A stretch of 64,000 nucleotides of DNA from Candidatus Dojkabacteria bacterium UBA4813. GTDB taxonomy: Bacteria; Patescibacteriota; Dojkabacteria; SC72. The stretch lies in assembly GCA_002402455.1 (NCBI GenBank), contig DHFX01000006.1:20408-84407 (forward strand). The letters are read 5' to 3'. How positions within the stretch are numbered: position 1 is the stretch's first letter; each line of letters begins with the position of its first letter. Below are positions 59,385 to 64,000 of this stretch, piece by piece. Position numbers and translations under genes: made by a program. The notes under the pieces were generated by a model. The model was given only the letters and a program-made list of their open reading frames with translations. It did not search any database and was not told the origin of the DNA.

Positions 59385-61174
59385 GATTTCTTTTTCTTGT
59401 TTTTAGATACTTTTCTTACTAGTTTTGTTTCAAAGTACTTTTTGGGTTTGAATATTCTCCATGAGAACACCTCTGCTTCTTTGTAAGGTTGAGAGTTTAT
59501 TAACTTTACCATCATTGCTTGACCCATAGGTCTTGAGTAAATGTACCAACCGACTAGTACGGTAATAATCCCTAAGAGTATTCTTCCGATTACAGAATCG
59601 AAGATTCCTGTCTCGGGTGTTGTTTCAGAATCTGGTTCTTCAACAACTGGAGGAGTTTCCTCACTTGGTTGAGTACAACTTTGTGCTACATTTAGGACAA
59701 GTTCGGCTCTAAGTGTTTCTGGATCAGTTGGTATCTCTGCAGGTGTTATTACCACTTCATTCTGATTTTCTCCTGTTATTGCATCTTCACCTGCTTCCGA
59801 CATAAAGAGTATTGTTAATGATTGACCACTATTTACAGACCAACCTCCCGTTTTCTCCCAAACTATTTCCTGAGTATCTCCAATGTCTGTTATTGTTACA
59901 AATTCCGTGTCTTCTACTTTAACCCCATTTATCTTTGTCGAATCTGCTACGTATGTAAAACCGAGTGGTAGTTTGTCCTTAACTGAATAGATTATTTGAG
60001 CTGTGGTGCTGTCATTAACTGTTTTTAAAGTAAATTCTGCGACATTATTGGGTGTTACTCTTTCAACACAAGTTACATTCGAGGTCTTAGAAACCCTAAA
60101 TTTAGATTCTTGTGCTTGTTGTAATTCTTCGGAGGTAGGCTCTATTTGTGGGAAGTTAAAGGAGGTACTTACAGTACCTATAACTTCTGTGTCTGATCTG
60201 ACTTCCGCTGTTATTTCTATGTTTCCGACTTTTTTATCAAGTTGAGAAAAATTTAGATCGGTACTGAAGTTTTCACTATTATAAAGATCTTGCTCCAGTA
60301 TGGATATCTCACCCTTAGCACTATCTATTGTAAAACCATCTGTCATTGAAAGATCACCAGCCTCTGAATCCTCTAGTTTAAAGGAGAATCTTATTGTTAA
60401 TTGTGTACTATCTTCAATGTTTCCGATTCCTATTTTAATTGTAGAAACTTTGTAAGTGTCTTCAGCCTTTCTAGTTTGGACTTGTATGCTACTAACACTT
60501 GCAGAAGTTGTTTGTTCCACCTCTATAAGTCTTCTACAGATAGGGGAGTTTATTTGATTTGCACTGGCATCTGACGCTGTTGCAAAGATCTCTATGGTTG
60601 AGGTATCTAATTCGGTGTATGTTTTTGTTATGGTTAAGGAGTCTGGGGATATCGAGTCCGGTTGCACCTCTTGATTATTGATTACAAATTTGTGGTCCGT
60701 ATAGACATCGTCGAATTTCGCCTCAATAGTAAGCTCTTTCTCGTTTAGCGGAATTTTCCCTGTAACAATCTTCCCAGAGCTATCCTTTATTGTCATTTCG
60801 GTACATCTGCTATCTTGTACCACTGGTATAGTACAGATCTGGTAGAGGGCTTGCTGTGTTGTGCTGTTCAGTAGATTTGTTGAAAGGTTGTCAACAGAAC
60901 AAGGTGCACTACAAGTTTGGTCGCTAGGGACAGTATTTAATTCGAAGGAAAAACCTCTTCTAGGATCTCCACATTCTGGTACAACTTCTGGATCGATGTA
61001 ATAACAGGCACAGGTTGTCTCTGTTACGATTTGTTCTTTTGCTGGTTCTTCAAGGGTATAAAAATAAACTGCTGAGACAATAAGCCCTATGCCTAGAATA
61101 GCGGCGATTATGATTAATAAAGTAGTACTTTTTTTCTTTTCACTTGTGGTGGGAATCCTTCTAACTTCTTCCAT
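59381..61174 (-). CDS. Cys-rich DUF11-like surface protein with TPETG motif
   Basis: N-terminal TM, paired Cys, VKDKLPLGFTYV.DS..ING (DUF11-like), TPETG + TM + basic tail. Confidence 0.7.
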   Translation of the reverse strand: MEEVRRIPTTSEKKKSTTLLIIIAAILGIGLIVSAVYFYTLEEPAKEQIVTETTCACYYIDPEVVPECGDPRRGFSFELNTVPSDQTCSAPCSVDNLSTNLLNSTTQQALYQICTIPVVQDSRCTEMTIKDSSGKIVTGKIPLNEKELTIEAKFDDVYTDHKFVINNQEVQPDSISPDSLTITKTYTELDTSTIEIFATASDASANQINSPICRRLIEVEQTTSASVSSIQVQTRKAEDTYKVSTIKIGIGNIEDSTQLTIRFSFKLEDSEAGDLSMTDGFTIDSAKGEISILEQDLYNSENFSTDLNFSQLDKKVGNIEITAEVRSDTEVIGTVSTSFNFPQIEPTSEELQQAQESKFRVSKTSNVTCVERVTPNNVAEFTLKTVNDSTTAQIIYSVKDKLPLGFTYVADSTKINGVKVEDTEFVTITDIGDTQEIVWEKTGGWSVNSGQSLTILFMSEAGEDAITGENQNEVVITPAEIPTDPETLRAELVLNVAQSCTQPSEETPPVVEEPDSETTPETGIFDSVIGRILLGIITVLVGWYIYSRPMGQAMMVKLINSQPYKEAEVFSWRIFKPKKYFETKLVRKVSKNKKKKS

Positions 61175-61233
61175 TAAGAGCAGTAAAAACTTATCTTCCC
61201 CTAAAGTTTAGTTTAATGTGGTAAGAGTGTCAA
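61175..61233 (-). promoter_or_regulatory. Sigma70 promoter and leader with ACTGCT motif
   Basis: TTGACA(61233-61228)-N17-TAAACT(61210-61205); CTGCT 4 nt before the ATG. Confidence 0.7.
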
Positions 61234-61275
61234 CTCGAAAGGATATGCAATTTGTTTCTGAAAGGAGAAGGGTTT

Positions 61276-62217
61276 TCACAAAAATTGGCAAATTAAAGTA
61301 AGTCCTAGATTGGGTTCAATCTTTCCTGTCTTAATTTGGTAATCTAAGTTAGAAAGTTTAGAGTAGAGTAGTTTTATTTTCTCTTCAGAGTACTGCTTGG
61401 AAGCCCTTATTAGGGAAGGTGTTGTGAATGGGGGTATCTTTAGTAGCGAGGAGATTTCTCTATATCCCTTTCCATCTTCGTCCAACGTTTTAGTTAAGTA
61501 GAGTAGTCTTAGATTTCTTGCCAACATCGAGAGTATGTAATTTGCGTCTGTTTGTTGTAATGCGAGGTCCTCTAGGATTGTGATGCTTTTTTCTTTGTCT
61601 TGGATATTTATAGAGTCTGTCAGATCCCAGATTTTTTCTTCTAAAGTATCTGCCGTAAGCTCTTCGATATCTTTTTCTCTAATTATCTTGTTTTGGTTGT
61701 ATAACCTGAGTTTTTCTATCTCATTTTTGCATCTCTCTGGATCGTAGTTTGTTCTTTCCGCGAGCTTCTTTATAACGCTTTGGTCTATTTTGAGTTCATG
61801 TTTCTCTAGTTCTTTTCTTAGCCAAGTGAAGAAGGTTTTCTTATTAAGTTCGTTTAATTCCTCTATAGCTCTGTTTTTCTGGAAGAATTTGTAATATTTT
61901 GTATTTGATCTTATTTTTTGGTCTTCCCAGATTATTATGTGGTCATTACTTTTTCCTTCTTGAAGGATTTTTATAAGTACTTCTACTAAAAGATTTTTTT
62001 CTTTGTTTCTATATAGTCTTTTTATTAATATAGTCCTCTTTGTAGAGAAGAGGGATGGGGAAGCTAGAAAGTCAACTATTTCTTTTGAATCTTTTAAGTC
62101 TGCTTCTAGAATATCTATGCTAGTTAGGGTACTCTCCTTTTTTAGCTTGTCTATATGGGAGTGAACCGCCTCCAAAGAGAGATATGTTGAATTTCCATGG
62201 TAAAGTTTGTATTCCAC
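61276..62217 (-). CDS. holA: DNA polymerase III delta subunit
   Basis: PSLFS.KR, NEIEKL, IWDL.DSI, KIPPF, LDYQIKTG. Confidence 0.88.
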   Translation of the reverse strand: MEYKLYHGNSTYLSLEAVHSHIDKLKKESTLTSIDILEADLKDSKEIVDFLASPSLFSTKRTILIKRLYRNKEKNLLVEVLIKILQEGKSNDHIIIWEDQKIRSNTKYYKFFQKNRAIEELNELNKKTFFTWLRKELEKHELKIDQSVIKKLAERTNYDPERCKNEIEKLRLYNQNKIIREKDIEELTADTLEEKIWDLTDSINIQDKEKSITILEDLALQQTDANYILSMLARNLRLLYLTKTLDEDGKGYREISSLLKIPPFTTPSLIRASKQYSEEKIKLLYSKLSNLDYQIKTGKIEPNLGLTLICQFL

Positions 62218-62219
62218 TT

Positions 62220-63665
62220 TTATTCTTCCTCGATTGTAATGTTACTTCCTACTAGTATTGTAACATCTTCACCGTTTAAGTTGGTTGTAATGTAATCGGG
62301 TGCAGTTTTTAAGTCTGTTTTGAGGTATTTGGAAAACTCTTGAACCGTACTGTTATTTTTGCCGTCTTCGTGGGAATAGACTATCACTTCCTCCTTATCA
62401 TCTCTTAATGTTCCTGCAAAAGAAATATTTAGGTATGGATAATCCTGGTTTATCTTCTCTGTTAGTTCCAAAACTGTTTTGTATCCAGCACCCGTGTCGT
62501 ATACGAGGACTCTGGCATTCTCTTCATAGAGAGCTGGTGTGTCCATTATTAGATGAATAAATTCATGTATATCCGTGTAATTCCCGTATCCTGCCTTAGG
62601 ACCTATTGCGTAGGCTCCACTCTCCATAGATTTGTTCTCAACTAAGGAGTAATTTCCAACGGATGGATCCAAAACGAATGAATAAGTCTTACCGGAGTTT
62701 TCATCAAATTTTTTAAGAAGTTCTAATCCAGCTTCTATATCATTTGTGGAAAATTCCGAAACTCTAATATTTCCATCTATGGAAGAGAGAATCCCAAAGA
62801 TTGTTTTTGGATTCGTTAGAGACTCGGAAGATAACAATTTATCCTTAAGTGCAATTATTACTTTCTGTTGTCTTTTTGCTCTGGCAAAGTCACTTCCTTC
62901 ATTGTTTTGTAGAGAGCGTCTGGATCTCGAATATATTAATGCTGTTTCTCCATCCATAGTCTGTGGACCCGCCTCAAAAGATATTGTTTGGTAACCGTCT
63001 CCTAGAGGATATAAATAATCTGTAAAGCTGTTTTCGACATTTATATCTATGCCTCCTATTGTGTCTATTATCTCCACAAAGGCCTTAAAGTCCACTATCG
63101 CGTAATACTGGATTTCCTGTCCTGTAACCCTCTCAACGGTGTCTTGAAGGGCTGTTATTCCAGTTCCTTCTTCCTTCTGTTCGGCAGTACTATATATGCT
63201 GTTGATTCTGTTGTACCAAGGTACTTCTCCCTCCACTTCAACATGGAAGTCTCTGGGTATAGAAAGTAGTGTTATGTTATTAGTCTCATAGTTGTAAGAG
63301 GCCATTATGATGGTATCTGTGTTTAGTAATCCACTATTTTCTCTAGTATCTAATCCTACTAGTAAAACATTTGTAAATTTCCCCGTAGGATCTTTTTTCA
63401 AAGTTTTCTCTTCTCTTCCTAATAATTCTTCTGGTTTCAATCTAAAACCAAAATCATGGGAGAATATGTACCCTTTGTAAATTAAAAATCCAAGACCTAG
63501 GAGAAGAAGGGTGACAATTGTTAGAATTACTGTTTTTTTCTTTTTACTTTTCTTTGTGCCTTTCTCCTTTGGGGAAAGGTTTTCTTCTTTGATTCCTTTA
63601 GCCTTTTTCTTAGGGTTGTTTGGGATATTCAGGCTACTATCTTTTAAATCTATATCTATAGTCAT
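62220..63665 (-). CDS. LCP (LytR-CpsA-Psr) family protein with LytR_C domain
   Basis: NVLLVGLD, TDTII, SIPRD, DFARAKRQQ, C-terminal DVTILVG. Confidence 0.9.
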   Translation of the reverse strand: MTIDIDLKDSSLNIPNNPKKKAKGIKEENLSPKEKGTKKSKKKKTVILTIVTLLLLGLGFLIYKGYIFSHDFGFRLKPEELLGREEKTLKKDPTGKFTNVLLVGLDTRENSGLLNTDTIIMASYNYETNNITLLSIPRDFHVEVEGEVPWYNRINSIYSTAEQKEEGTGITALQDTVERVTGQEIQYYAIVDFKAFVEIIDTIGGIDINVENSFTDYLYPLGDGYQTISFEAGPQTMDGETALIYSRSRRSLQNNEGSDFARAKRQQKVIIALKDKLLSSESLTNPKTIFGILSSIDGNIRVSEFSTNDIEAGLELLKKFDENSGKTYSFVLDPSVGNYSLVENKSMESGAYAIGPKAGYGNYTDIHEFIHLIMDTPALYEENARVLVYDTGAGYKTVLELTEKINQDYPYLNISFAGTLRDDKEEVIVYSHEDGKNNSTVQEFSKYLKTDLKTAPDYITTNLNGEDVTILVGSNITIEEE

Positions 63666-63677
63666 TTAAACAGATTA

Positions 63678-64000
63678 TTACTTTAGGTATTTATTAATAT
63701 TCTCGTTGTGTTCATCCAAAGTTTCAGCATAATGGGCATTCCCATCGGTGTCATGGATGTAATAGTAGTAGTTAGTTTCTACTGGGTTCCAAATTGCTTC
63801 TATTGATTGTAATCCCGGATTACAGATTGGGGTGGGAGGAAGTCCGATGTTTTTATAAGTATTGTAAGGATTGTTATTCTCTTTTACCTCCTGTGTTATT
63901 GGGTGTTTCCAATCTTTTAAAGGATAAAGTAGAGTGGCATCTGTCTGTAATAACCAGCCTTCTTTAAATCTCTTAAGAATTATACCAGCTATGATTGGTC
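63678..64000 (-). CDS. mltG: Endolytic transglycosylase MltG (only the C-terminal part is in the window)
   Basis: Manual translation gives LQTDATLLY...NPYNTYKNIGLPPTPICNPG...YYYIHD...HYAETLDEH; not in the ORF track. Confidence 0.9.
   Translation of the reverse strand, partial: PIIAGIILKRFKEGWLLQTDATLLYPLKDWKHPITQEVKENNNPYNTYKNIGLPPTPICNPGLQSIEAIWNPVETNYYYYIHDTDGNAHYAETLDEHNENINKYLK

Overview
Gene-dense, AT-rich bacterial chromosome segment of mostly housekeeping genes in standard genetic code (TGA ends metG and holA). Truncated core proteins (ValRS, MetRS, HrcA, RecF), almost no Shine-Dalgarno sites, PilN/PilO, ComF, DUF4012, PEGA and a PrgI-VirB4 cluster suggest a Patescibacteria (CPR) genome, possibly Dojkabacteria/Microgenomates-like (inference). 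Contents include valS, metG, pilNO(P), rpoD, an envelope cluster, rsmA, dnaG, rodZ-like, ftsK, rpoBC, rpsL/G, rplY, hrcA-grpE-dnaK, comF, murJ, groESL, folD-glyA-thyX-dcd, a protease-less Lon, a T4SS-like cluster, recF, lepA, rpsT, surface proteins, holA, LCP and partial mltG. I saw no tRNA, rRNA, CRISPR array or IS element. The most interesting signal is a two-tier initiation architecture. Many housekeeping genes have a -10 box 5-11 nt from the ATG. Six pilus, T4SS and surface-related transcription units instead have longer leaders with a (A/T)CTGC(C/T) motif 2-6 nt before the ATG, a candidate undescribed regulon. Other leads: a structured rpoB leader, a remodelled rifampicin pocket, two degenerate glyco-enzymes in one cluster, and a compact dTMP operon.
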